Positions 35,298 through 48,418 of a stretch of DNA of 64,000 nt are shown here, piece by piece. The stretch's first letter is position 1. Each line of letters starts with the position of its first letter. The notes beneath the pieces are model-generated. The model worked only from the letters and a program-made list of their open reading frames with translations, made no database searches and had not been told where the DNA came from. The DNA comes from Hydrurus foetidus (lineage: Eukaryota): the NCBI GenBank assembly GCA_900617105.1, contig UYFQ01000327.1:1-64000 (forward strand), read 5' to 3'. Made by a program: the position numbers and the translations under genes.

Positions 35298-36183
35298 TGT
35301 CGGAATAACTAATGAGTTAAGTAACCGTATAAGTTATTATGTATGCTGTGTGGTAGTCGCTACTCCATCGGTCCAGGTTCCTTTAACCCAGGAACATCAA
35401 AATGATGAAAGTGCACCATGTTTGACTGTGCGGGACAGATCGAATTTGTCGACTGTCTCCATGAACGATGTAAGCGATGTTGCATCGTTAATTACCTTAA
35501 TACTCACACCAGCAGAGCTTTCGCCTTGAGCCCGGGATTGCAACTAGCGCACGTGTTGAACCTGCAGAAGGAGCGCGTACCCAGGAAGGATATAGTTGTC
35601 CATTCAGTGGAAACTGAATCTTAGTGTACGACATAATTAACGAGTTGCTTTCGTTGCAAACAGTTGCAACATGAAAGGCAGAGGCAGAGGCCGAGATAAC
35701 AATACCGCAGGCGGTCGAGCAAACCCTGCCAACGGTGGCAGAGGAAATGCTGGCCGCGGTGCGAAGCCTCCACCAAGAAGAGGAACGGTAGCTGCGATCG
35801 GCGCATTCCTGGAACTTGGAAGAGAGATGAACCATGGCAGCGGAAGCGCATGGATGAGAAAGTTTCGCGAGTATACTCGCGCAAACTATATGTCCGATAT
35901 CTGCGAGATATTCGGCAATGAGGGCATACCGGGTAATTACACGCAATATGTCGCTCCAGTTGACATAGCAGCAGATGCTGGCTTTATGGCGGCAACAAAG
36001 TGGAAGAGAACACTAGAGCTCTACGACAAGCTCATCCTAACTTTGAGAGAAAATAGAAAGCAGGTCTTCGGGTTAATGCTAGGACAAATAAGCGAACAGT
36101 CGACATCGACAATCCGAGAAACGGAATCGGGCGCTACCGCCATGTTAGAGGAGGACCCACTACTATTGCTATTAGCGAAAACA
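35298..36183 (+). mobile_element. Copia-5 fragment: one 336-bp LTR (35298-35633) plus truncated gag start
   Basis: TGTCG...CGACA is preceded by AGGGGTG, the same PPT as Copia-1. The ORF from 35671 has a gag-like QVFGLMLGQISEQS segment resembling Copia-1 KIYSVLWMRMSPAS. It is cut at 36184. Confidence 0.8.
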
Positions 36184-37680
36184 CTTGAGAAGCAAGGATT
36201 TTCTTGTCGAAGGGCAGTCCTTTTTTCAGGGTGAAATCTGCTACTACTAACTTCCACGCAGATTTTTTATTTTTGATGTTAGAATACATACCGTCAGAGT
36301 GCTCACATCAAGCCACTTCACGGAGCCCGCAACTTAAATCTGCACGCTGGACTACATATCTAGAAATATGCTGAATAGACGACCGTTACTGCCGATAAAA
36401 AAGTTGCATCGCAGAAACCTTCAGTTATAGCACTTCACGAATCAGGGCAATCATTTCCATCACAACTTTGTGTGATTTCTCGTGCCCCAACTTTTTTGCC
36501 GAGCAGCTTTTTCGTGGAAAAACTGAAGGCTCGAGAAACTACAGATTTTCTTAAAAACTAAGGTTTTTGGTGTAATTTTCGTTTCCCGAACGCACCCTTT
36601 GGGTTCCTTATGATAAATGCCTGGGATTGCCATATAAATTTACGAATAAACCCTTATATTAGAGGAGTAATAGCCAAAAGGCGGAAGCTATCGGACCGCC
36701 AAAAAAGTTGACCGTAATCCGACACAAAGTCGGAAACGTCGGTTGTGTCAGAACCTAAGCTGTGAGCTGTGAGATGTGAGCTGTGAGGAATTGGCCCTAT
36801 TCCAACTCGTTGGAGTTGGGAGTTGAGGGTTTTGGAGTTGGTAAAAATAGCCCGTATAATTTTGATGGGCTTTTTTACCCACTCCATTTTCGTTTTCAGA
36901 CTCCAAAATTTAAATCGTGGAGTTGGACCCGCACCTTTTGAGTTGGGGTGAAACACCCAGTAAAATAATGTAAAACTCAAATTCTTGTGGTGTACCGGAA
37001 AATCCGGTGTTCACATGACTGACAAATTTTACCAACTCCAAATCCCCAACTCCTCAACGACGGGTGCGTTCGGTAAACCGTGAAACCTTCATTTTTCGAG
37101 GTATTTCTGAAATTTTCCACGAAGGCCTTCACATTTTGGGAAATCATGTTCGGTAACAAACCTACATCATCACATCTGGAGGAAAGTAGTGATTCCAGGA
37201 AGAACGAGTATTTGTTCCTTTTGCGGCGATGAGGATTCATTTGTCGTAGAGAAACTTCTACCGAACGGAATGACGTGAGATTTCAAACTCTCTTGAGGTA
37301 AGCAGCGCGATTTCCCTACTCTTGACGGCTTCTGATGCCACAACTTTTCATGGGGAAACTAGTTGAAACAACTCTCATCGAATGTCACTTGTTAAAGCAG
37401 GACTTTTAGCATCTTGGACTGACGTCAACAAGAAGGTCTTGATTGATGTCTTCGCCGCTTTCTCGGGAGGGTGTTCAAGCAGTGAGCAACGATTGATCGA
37501 TCCGATATCCCCACCAGGATCCCAGATCCCGGATCTCCGATCGATCATCCCAGAAGTTTGGCACAAATGAAATGTTCAATCGTACGAGAACAGTGTACGC
37601 TCTGGCGGGGACGCTGGAACATCTTCATACTGTACGTGTAAGGAGTGAGCGTAAAGTATGGGATGAAGTTGAGACTGTTC
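36184..37680 (+). repeat. Copy A of a composite repeated segment containing Harbinger-type TIRs
   Basis: 36184-37097 matches 48419-49352, 37484-37508 matches 50898-50923, and 37514-37679 matches about 52266-52444. Confidence 0.9.
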
Positions 37681-38492
37681 TGTTGGTAACCGTGGCACAA
37701 TATGTTGTACACATATAACAATCCATACCGTTTTGGCTTCGGCCAATTACAGCCATCAGTATTGCGTGACTGACCGCAGTCATAGCTTACCGCATTCACC
37801 ACCATAATTTAATCACAACAATCGTCGAATAGTCCAATTCGTTTGACACGTTTGATATGCAGTACGCGATCAACAGTTGTGATTAGATCTCTTCGCTTGA
37901 CAATGGAGAGCACGACGCCAATTAATTTACATAGTCATATACGACAAATTTTCTTAGTATGGCGAAGATCGATAATCGAGGCGTACGGACAGTCCTGTAA
38001 TATCTACAACCAACACAGACTGCTGGGATATTGTCAGACTAACCACTAACGTAGTTACGTCTGTTGTATAGTAGTAGATATAGTAGTATAGATACACGTT
38101 AGGTAGTACTGTATACATATATGTATATGCGTAACTGTACGTACACCATAGAACGTACACTGTACATACCAGATATGGCCGTTGGCGATACATCCCATAT
38201 TCGAAAGTATCCTTTCAGTGCCAACAACTGCTATGACCTTTCTTGCAACGCCACACATGATTTCACCTCTACCTTGCTCGCCACCTCGTTTGCCAGGTAG
38301 CCAATCATATGTTAGTTGCATATGTAGGTTGCCAACTGCAGATCTTCTGTATCTTGTAAACCTAGGCAGATCTTAATCGATATAGCTTGCACGCCGACAC
38401 AGCGTTCTAGCCGAATCTTGGAGTTCTACTGCAGTAGCCTCCACACCAGTTGGACTATACGTCATCAGGTGATATCCTTAGCCAGATCCACA

Positions 38493-38501
38493 TGGTAGCG
38501 A
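38493..38501 (+). promoter_or_regulatory. Primer-binding site of Copia-3 (TGGTAGCGA, initiator-Met-like)
   Basis: TGG, complementary to tRNA CCA, follows the LTR-terminal CA directly. The tRNA identity is inferred. Confidence 0.7.
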
Positions 38502-41500
38502 TTGATTGTTGAGAAATCACAAATCAAGTCTGATCATTTTTAGCAACCAAAATTGACGTCATCAGACAAGCAAAGCAATGCTAGCCACTCAGAGCAGAAG
38601 TTCTAGTGTGCCAAAATCAGCGGCAAAACAACCCGCCGCTGCTCGAACGGCTACTCGGTCAAGAGGCCAAACGAGATTTATCTCTTCAGCTTCAGCACCA
38701 TCGAAACCGGCTTTCCTCCCAGATAATGCGGATATTATTCCTCGCGGATATTATTCCACTGGCGCCCATCGTTCAACAAACTGAGTTAGGCATTCCACTT
38801 GAGGATATTCTAAAAGCGCCTGCTCCGCCGGATCTTATTCAGAAAGATCTACTGACAATTCCTGGAGCGATTCTGGATAATGGGAAGAGGAGCGATTCAG
38901 CGGATCTAACCACTCACCATTCCCCGGAGCCTGCCACATCTCTGGCCACTGGGCAATCTTCTAGTATGTATTCTAACGAAGATATGAGAGAAATCATTCG
39001 GTCAATGATGACCGAATATACGATCTGATCAGAAAGTGTGATGAGTAAGACGCCGGTCGAAACGGCGCAACATAATACGGGGAATCAAATCATCCTAGGC
39101 GTAAGAGATGATGTCAGCGACCTCCAATTAATAATCGAAATCACGACAATAGCCTTATCGATGGGTCACCGTCAAGGAGTATACGATCACTACGACGCAT
39201 CAATCATCGATGGCAGTCAAGATCAACTTGTCAAACGACGGGGCTACCAATAGGAAGAAGCTCAAAGAGCTCGAGCTTCTCCTGAATGAGTGCGAGCTCT
39301 TTACTCTCGCTGAGGAAAAGAGGATCCCTGTTCCATCCAATGAATATAACCCAAGTGGTTATACTCATGAATCTGCCAAGTTCGACGGCAACAAAATAAT
39401 CATCACAAAGAAAGGTATACAGGATCGCTTCCATACCCTCCTGCTTGTTCCCTTTGAGCTTCCTGGTCAGTAGGTATAGCTTGTCTGACTCAGTCATACA
39501 CGTGAGGTTAACGTTGTTCACGAGCGTGACAGCTTCTAGGAACGCCGCGATGTTTTCTTTGATCGACTTGCTTGAAGGTGGCTTGAGATCGTCGAGTAGC
39601 CCCCTTGATAGTCCGCTCTCATTACTCCTCTCGCCTTGAGCAAAGCGTTTGATTGCTTTGTACCACTCGATCCCGTTCTTGACGTTGATGTGTTGCGTGA
39701 TGAGATAGTGTAGGTCCTTGTTTGTGACAAGGTTCATCAGAGCGAATAGTCTTTCTGTGGCTTGCGCTCGGATGGTTTACCTCCTGGAGCCTTGGATGTC
39801 TTGCGTGAGTACTTACACCGCTCACCGAATGTGCAGGAGCCTTTGAGGAAATTGCGACAGACATTTCCCTCAGTGATTGCATTCATCTTCAATGCTTTGA
39901 TGGTTGGAGGGTCAGCTCGAATGAGCTGATTGACTAGCTCGCGATATCCTTTACTGTTACGACAAGTCTAAGACAAAGTATCAACCACCGCAGCACAAGA
40001 AGGTATCATTCGAGCACCGATTCAAGACCGGGTCCCCACGTGGAAAACCTACGGACAAGAATCCTGAAGGACACTCCATCAAGCAGCTCGTTGTCCCCAA
40101 GTCGCCTACAAGCCAGGGAAGCAAAGACGGCTGGCAAGATCCAACATACTTTGACATTGCAAAGTCTCAAAACAAGACGGAGCACTTAAACGTATTCAAG
40201 ACAAACGCAATCACGCCATACGTACCACCAAAACGTACAAGCCCAAGACGCGTCGTCATATCCGAGGAGACATCAAGGTGGATCCAAAGTCAAGAAGCCA
40301 TGCTCATGTCCATCGATCAACGAATCAAGACTTTCAGAGATGTAAACGACTTTGTACCCACCATCAAAGATCTCCTCGTATACGTCCACAAGTATACCAA
40401 GTCGGATCTTGGCAGATCCACCAGTGAGGTCGAAGCCACCATATTCACCGGGTTCTGTTGGCAGTCAAGTTGCAACCCACTACACAACATGTGTAAAGAA
40501 AACCTCCAAGTGAAAGATGCGGACCCTCATGTTATGGAACTGCTGTATGAAAACAGCGAGTACTTCAACGCCCGTATGGATTTCCCCACCGCCCAAGAAT
40601 TGACCTATAGAGAGTTTAATCTGTTTAGACCCACATGATCAGACTATCACCCACGGGGAGAACCGGGCCACTACATGTCACGAGCAAATGAAATAGACGA
40701 GTTCTATGTTATCGCAAATAGGATAAACATCATGGGAGTGTCATCGGATACAAGAAATGTTCTAATGCTAGGTCTAGTGTATGACTTTATGTCATATGTA
40801 GCAGAGCATCTCAACGTAGACATTATCAACCGCAAGACAACCATGGCTGGACGAGTCATCATGCGCCACAAGATCAAGAGGCTCAGCAAAGAACCCGAGT
40901 ATGTTCAGCTACATATGCTCACACGGATATTTCATGCCATTGTGGATTCACTCCGCCCACCGGTCATAGAACGCGAAGCACCTCCCCCGCAGGAAGTACG
41001 TACGTTCTCAGTCATGAGCACCTCGGAAGGCAATCAAGGCGACCGCTTCGGCATCGATACCGAAGACGACATGGACTATGAGGAAGCTGTAGGCACATTT
41101 GATCAGCCTGACTATTGGGAGGATACAAGTGACGCAACCTTCAGTCCCAACGCAGCCCTCCGAAACAAGGATATGCAGCGCGAAGACACCACAACAAAGA
41201 GCGTGACCTAAGGAACCTGTACAACTTCCCTGACACGCCGGAGATATTCACGCCTCAGAGAAGGAAGCCGAGGAAGTCAGAGGTCAAAGCGGTACAAACA
41301 CGTCAGGAATATGACGCAGACACTTTCCCTATCCAACCTCCACTAACCACTTGCACCTACACCACCTCGTCGGTACACACCAAGCAAATCATCTGAGCCA
41401 CGCACGCCAGCGACTCCACAGTCAACCCCACAGCGCGTTGCCATAGGCATGTATGGAAATGGTGCACCACGATGGGGTTATGTTGCCAAGCGAACTCAGG

Positions 41501-41924
41501 GCAAGGAGAAAGCAGCTGACCCAGCCCAACCAACATCAAGCAGCATGACTAGCTCATCAAGAAGCGTCATAACGACCCCGCGGTCATCAGCTAGTGTTGG
41601 AAGCGGATCAGCGGCATCACGAAAGAGCACACCTGCTACATCGACTCCTCAGCGCCTCCAAAGCGGATCCTCTGCATCCCACGGTATACACAGCGGATCA
41701 GCGGCACCATCCAGTGTGCACAGCGCATCAGCGGCACCATCGCCGGCTCCCAGCGCCTTAGAGGCATCACCAGGACCCCCCACACCAGCTCTTCAACATC
41801 AGCCACGTTCAGGCAAACCATTTGTAGTCGACCTCACGGCCCCAATGCCACCACGGAGGGCGAAGGCCCCAAGGCTAAACTGAACCTCCTGCACGTTGTA
41901 GGGCCGGCACATCGAGTCCTGGGG

Positions 41925-44900
41925 ATGGCCTCAAAAGAAAATAAAGTTATCATCGACAGTGGAGCTTCCACGTCAGGAACAGGTCTCCAAAATAAGTTTA
42001 AGAACCTACGGCCTGCATCATGCACGGTAAATGCAGCTTTCGGGGAGACCATCACACCATCAGAGATGAGTGACCTGCCACAACCGACCATCGTCATCAA
42101 AGGAATGAAGGACACGACCCTACTGTCACTGTCACAGGCATGTGACGAGATCATGTGCGTTATCTTCACGTCACGCGACTACAGATTCTACGGCCTCAAA
42201 GAGATGCAACCTCACCTGGCACAGATCAGCGAGACCTGCGAGATGAAGTTGTGGGGAGAAGTAGAGGACGGACTCTACATCCAGAAGTCAATCTGACTTT
42301 GTGACGAGGAATGCTTGTTGGTCACAAGCGCTAAAGACACCTCGCTATACGACCACGTCCACCGTGTCCTAGCACATCCTGGTAAAGAAGGGATGGAATG
42401 GCACCAGACACACTCCACTGGAACAGCATACACCCGCAACGATGCGAAGGCACACCGTCCCGTGTATCAAGCATGCGTCCAGGGCACAATGCGACAAGCA
42501 TCCACGGACCACTTAAGAGTCCATAGAGCACCAGCACCCATACCGGGGAGCCAGTTTGGTCTGGATGCATACACCCACGCAGAAAGAGGCGCAGGCCGGT
42601 TCAAATACTGCGACCTCTTCACGGATCTCACCACACGGCGTGTGTATCCGGTGTTCACCCGTGACCGGGGAGCCCAAGAGCTATGCGACCAAGTCAGCCT
42701 GCTCTTCGAGTCTCATCCAGAATGGAGGAACGCATCTACTACATCAGACACAATCGATCGTTTCATCAGGGTCGATGGAGAAAAGTCATATAGATCCAGT
42801 GAGTTCACTAAGTGTCTCGGAGGCTTTGGATACCGCACTAAGCCCACACCACCTCGTCACAAGCATGCCAATGGAGTAGCGGAGCGCACAGTAGGAGTCA
42901 TTGCAGCCAAGTGCAACACGATTATGCTAGCCCCCACACCACCGGTTCCACCCAAGTTCTGGGACATTGCCATGAGCTATGTGTGTGCCACTATGTCGTT
43001 TAATTACAATAGTTTGATAGGTACTTCCCCATACAACATACTAATTAAAAGCATGCTGTCGTCAAACATCTCCATGCTTTCTGGTCCAAGTGCTGGGTCC
43101 ACATACCAACCAAGGACGCAGGCGGTAAAGTCGGTCACCCCCGAGCATACCAAGCCAGGTTCATTGGGTATGACTTGACGACCACACTCAAGCCTACCTA
43201 CAAAGTCATCGAGATATTAGAGAAGGGAAAATATGGCATAGTGAGGATCAGCAAAGATGTCATTTTCGACTAGCCTGAAGAGATAGTGCAACAAGTGGAA
43301 GCCACAACAGCACTAGAGCCACCGCAGCAACATGAGGCAGCTCAAACGCCTGTCCCAGCACCAAAAGCGGCACGCAATCAGACACCTGCAAGTGCACAAG
43401 TCACCATGCATGCACCAAGTGAGGCGACACAACCAAACCAGGTCGACAGCATGCGACGACGAAGTGATGCGAATGCAGTTACAACTCCAGCTAATTCCCA
43501 CCCAGTGGCGCATAGCGGTGCATCCAAGAGGGCCTCACCACCATGCATACCTGATGGTGCACCAATACACCCTGCTAACACTGTCGAATCGATTGGTGCA
43601 AACACACCGATAGTGTCATGGGAAACAGAGGATGCCGTATATTGGTACGCAATCCAGGCCACACAACTGATGACCGTAGTTGAGACGTCTCGCTATGATC
43701 AGATAAAGACACTCCCAGATACCGGCTTTCCCAAATCGTTCTGGAGAGCGATAAAGGACCCACCATGGGCCAAAGCCATCGACACTGAGCTGACGAAGTT
43801 TGAAGTCAACTCTTGCTTCAACCTTGTCCCTTTTACTGGACAGCACCTAGTTCCAATGATGTGGCTGTTCAAGAACGATGGGACGAAGAAGGCTCGACTG
43901 GTCGACAGAGGGGACAAGATGATTCCCAACGTTGACTTCACCCCGAAGCTGTGTATTGTGGAAACGTAGCAGCTTGCTCAATCAAACTAGCCATGGTCAT
44001 AGCGGCAACATACAAGCTCGTCTTGACAGGCGGTGACACTGTAGGTGCATACCTCATTACAAGAGCAAACAAGGACTTCCCAGTGTTCATCACCACACCC
44101 CAAGGTTATTACGTACCACCCGGTTACTGCATCCAAGCAGTAGGACACCAAAATGGATTCCCTCCAGCCGTACAGAACTTCTCCATCGAGTTCGACAAAT
44201 GTTTTAGGGAGTGTGGGTATAAGAACATACCATGGGGCCTCAAACTGTTCTTCAAGTGGACGCACTCGGGCAAACCGATGATTACCATCGCACATAGTGA
44301 TGACTTCAGATGGTTTGGTCCAATCGACCACATCCACGAATGGGATGCAGTTCTCGAAGCATTCAACAAGCATGGATATCAAGTCACTGATGCAACTGAC
44401 AAAGAGTTCGTCGGCATCCGTATAGAAGTAGACGAACACTCCAACTACTACATGGATCAATGCCGTATGATCGACCTCATCATCAAGGAGGCGAACATCA
44501 CAGGTGCAAAGGACGAGCACCTCCCATACCCCACCGACGCACAGCAGCCACCACTGTCCAAGATGGACTGCCCTACCATTGACGCCGATGGGGCCAGACG
44601 TGTCGTCGGACAACTCATGTACGGTATGGTGCACACAATGGTGGGTATTGTGTACGCACTCAACATACTTTCGAGATACGGTAACAACCCTGGTCCCCGA
44701 CACATACTTAACCTCAAGCACCTGTTGAGATATGTCAAGTATGTGAAGAGGGGCCGTCTCATATTCCGGACCCATGACGGACCAACCGACATAGACACCA
44801 TGACCAAGGTACTACAGCTGAAGTTCCAGTGCGATGCAGATCTAGGTGGTAACCAAGATAACCACCACTCCCAGACCTGCTACCTCGGATACCTCGCTGG

Positions 44901-45270
44901 AAGCCTCATCTGCTGGTGTTCCACCGATCAAGGGTCAGTATCCACGTCCACAACGGAATCAGAGATCAAGGCTGTCAACCATGCACTCAAGTCGGAAGTC
45001 ATACCAACTCGCGGTATATTAGAGATGATAGGGTGGAAACAGGATCCAACCATCATCGAAGAGGACAACCAGGCTTGCGTGTACTACTCAAAGACCTCTT
45101 CGATGATGGTTGGATCCTGTTTCCACCCTATCATCTCTAATATACCGCGAGTTGGTATGACTTCCGACTTGAGTGCATGGTTGACAGCCTTGATCAGACG
45201 GCACGTGCACTGTGATCAAAGTGGCCTCTGAAGACAATAACTCGGACATTGGTACCAAGAGGGTAATACT
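41925..45270 (+). pseudogene. Copia-3 pol (PR, IN, RT, RNase H), fragmented
   Basis: IIDSGAS, IRVDGE, ANGVAER, KKARLV, HSDDF, CDADLGG, STTESEIKA, EEDNQA. Confidence 0.92.
44964..45195. repeat. Perfect 101-bp inverted duplication with a 30-bp spacer in Copia-3 RNase H
   Basis: 45095-45195 is the reverse complement of 44964-45064. Confidence 0.93.
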
Positions 45271-45956
45271 CCCCATCTTCACTAAACTAACGTCCCAAAT
45301 TGTTGATAGGACACTCAGAAATAATTTATAAATGTTTTTTGTAAACTTTTGCATATTATTTAATATTTTACAATGCCTTTTGTAATTTTTTAGTATTCTA
45401 CTCACACAGTAGTCTATAATTTTTTGCAATTTGTTATTTGTATTATTAATAGCTCATTAGCAAACATGCACTCATATACATGCATACATCTTCACTACGG
45501 GGAGTGTCAGACTAACCACTAACGTAGTTACGTCTGTTGTATAGTAGCAGATATAGTAGTATAGATACACGTTAGGTAGTACTGTATACATATATGCATA
45601 TGCGTAACCGTACGTACACCATAGAACGTACACTGTACATACCAGATATGGCCGTTGGCGATACATCCCATATTCGAAAGTATCCTTTCAGTGCCAACAA
45701 CTGCTATGACCTTTCTTGCAACACCACACATGATTTCACCTCTACCTTGCTCGCCACCTCGTTTGCCAGGTAGCCAATCATATGTTAGTTGCATATGTAG
45801 GTTGCCAACTGCAGATCTTCTGTATCTTGTAAACCTAAGCAGATCTTAATCGATATAGCTTGCAGTTTCGCCGACACAGCGTTCTACTGCAGTAGCCTCC
45901 ACACCAGTTGGACTATACGTCATCAGGTGATATCCTTTAGCCAGATCAACAGATAT

Positions 45957-48418
45957 CTTATGGCAGATGATGCCTGGGCGCTTCTACCTGGAAATACGAT
46001 CATATCAGAGCCAGTTGACAACCTACCAGCAGTTATCAACATTGCTGCGCGGCCAATATTGCCGGAATTCACACCGCTTGCAGCTGCGCGGCCAATATTG
46101 CCGGAATTCACACCGCTTGCAGCTGCGGCAACGGCGGCGCAACAATCAGCGTGGGATAGGAATACCAAAATACTAAGATGCATCAGGGAAAACCATGATA
46201 CGTTAAAACTCCGTCTGATTACCTGCGATTCTGCGCAACTCAACAACAGCAATCCTACACGTGACTCTACAGGCCATAATAGAACACATTTCAGCGCTTC
46301 ATGGGACGTTAGATAACAACAATTATGCCCAAGTGTTGTTGACACTCACCACAGCTATGACGACGGCGGATACCATTTCGGGCACTGTGGTTCGACACAG
46401 ACATATTCACGAGCAATTCCACAACTCCAACCAGCCTCTTTCTGAGTATCAAAAGTGCACATACTTCATAAATGCGATCAATCAGCATTAGCACATGCGC
46501 TCTGGGTATGAATCATACGTGATTGCCACACCACTCATCGGCAATCAAAATTTCTTGACGCTCACAACACACGTTATCATGCAAGCTCCCAATTACACGG
46601 CGACAGCAGCATTCGCAGCGTTGCTCACCAAGACAGTGCAGCATGCAATACCGCCACAAGGAACACAGAAACAAAAGCCCACTCACTACTGCTACTTCCA
46701 TGGGCATAATAATACACACAGTGGTAGTACCTATTTTAAGATGCTAGGAGACAGCACCATCTACACCGATGCACACCTGAATGCAACCACACCGTCCATG
46801 GTGGCCAATTGGTCGACAGCAGTACCTGGAGATCAGCGTAAAAGTAATCGGACGCGCTCTTAGGTGACAGCAGTAAAGTTAGCTCTCAATGTCATAGGCT
46901 GCTGCAATGTAATTAACACAATTGCGCAGCATGACACAGCTTCCTTTACTGCTTCTTCAATGGCATGTGCTGACACAGAGTCCACACACACACTACTTAC
47001 CCGCTCTGATAGCACGATACTCACGCATGTACACCCCAGTACGTTGAACGTTCAACTACCTAACGGCGCCTGTATCAACTCGCACAGCGTAGGCGCACTT
47101 TATTTACCAAATCTCGACCAAGCAATTAGGGCGCACATTTTTGAAGACAGTGAGTTGTCACTCTCATTACTGTCTATCTCGGATTTATGTAACGCAGGAT
47201 GCACCGCTATCTTTACAGCAGAACGTATCACTATTCAGTACGACGGATGCATAATCGTACAAAACAAGAAACAGTGAGCTGAATCGTTATGGCACGTTAC
47301 TTTGCCAACCACGTCAGTCCACGCGAGTACAGTAAATGTCACGTACAGCTCTGCTCCCAATAATAGCAGCAAGGATGGGGACTTCATACGGTTTATCCAC
47401 GCGGTGTTCGGCAATCCAGCACTCTCAACATTCACCAACGCTGTTCGTCCCAACAATCTGCCATCACTGCCACTACTCACTTGTGCAATGTTGGCAACAC
47501 ATTTGCCTTGCACCATACCGACCGCACTGGATCATCTAGATCAAACAAGGCAAGGACAGAACTCCACGAAGCTATTCACTGCGTTGTTCGCAGACCCAGA
47601 CACCGATCCAATAGACACTACGCATCCAATAGTAGATACCACTATCGACAGCAACACATTCACGCATGTCTTTGCTCTCACAGAAACCATGCACTCTGAC
47701 TTGACTGGGAAATTTCCTGTCACTTCGTTCTCCGGAATGCAGTATATCACTGTTTCTGTGATTAATGGATATATCCACGTTGAACCCATGCGCAGCAGGC
47801 ACCATTTGGAATATGTCGGACAATAAACTCCTTCGCGAAGCTGGGCTGTAAGCCGGTATGAGACATCTACTTGATAATGAGACATCTACAATACTGCGCA
47901 CCACATCAGCACAGAGCGTTGTGGGCTGAGCGAGCGATCCAGATATTTAAATACCACTTCATGGCAACGTTATGTACAGTTGCTAAAGATTTTCCTCTCG
48001 ACATTTGGGACGAATTGCTACAACAAGCAGAATTGTGTCTTAATCACTTGCTTCCTTATCCATCAAACCCAACAGTCTCGGCATATGCTGGATTACATGC
48101 TAGATTTGCAGCGAACCCAATTGCACCAGCAGGCGCCAAAATAGTCATACACGATAAACCCGACACACGAGCAACATGGGCTCCACATGCCACACATGGA
48201 TACCACCTAGGCCCTGCACAGTCACATTACCGTTGCTATCGGGTATGGACAACGGCTACCAAGAGTGTTCGTGTTAGCGACACAATTGCATGGTTTCTTC
48301 ACGGTCCCCAACTGCCTGGTCCGTCCGCAAATGATTTGCTACATGCCGCTATTATCGACCTCACACAAGCCATGAAGACCATTCACGATTCACCTAACAA
48401 CGAATGTTCAAGATTCGC
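45957..48418 (+). pseudogene. Copia-4 gag-PR-IN remnant
   Basis: HYCYFHGHNNTHSG, CADTES, SDLTGKFP, AERAIQIFKYHF, HLGPAQSHYRC. A 39-bp tandem duplication (AARPILPEFTPLA x2) lies near 46043-46127. Confidence 0.9.

Larger units (their letters stand above)
38032..45951 (+). mobile_element. Copia-3: degenerate full-length Ty1/Copia element with a canonical tRNA-type PBS
   Basis: LTRs at 38032-38492 and 45505-45951 differ by several indels. TSD GATAT at 38027-38031 and 45952-45956. PBS TGGTAGCG at 38493. PPT GGGGAG. Confidence 0.95.
37681..48418 (+). mobile_element. Copia-4: 3'-truncated relative of Copia-2, split by Copia-3
   Basis: LTR 37681-37875 (TGTTG...CAACA). Gag reads QHRLLGY|LMADDAWALLPG across the Copia-3 TSD, similar to Copia-2 GLLGFCVSDAQWAMLPG. 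PR and IN remnants at 46864-48418. Confidence 0.88.

Noticed and set aside
43987..44775. 262-aa antisense ORF
   Set aside because: It is the shadow of the Copia-3 RT reading frame.
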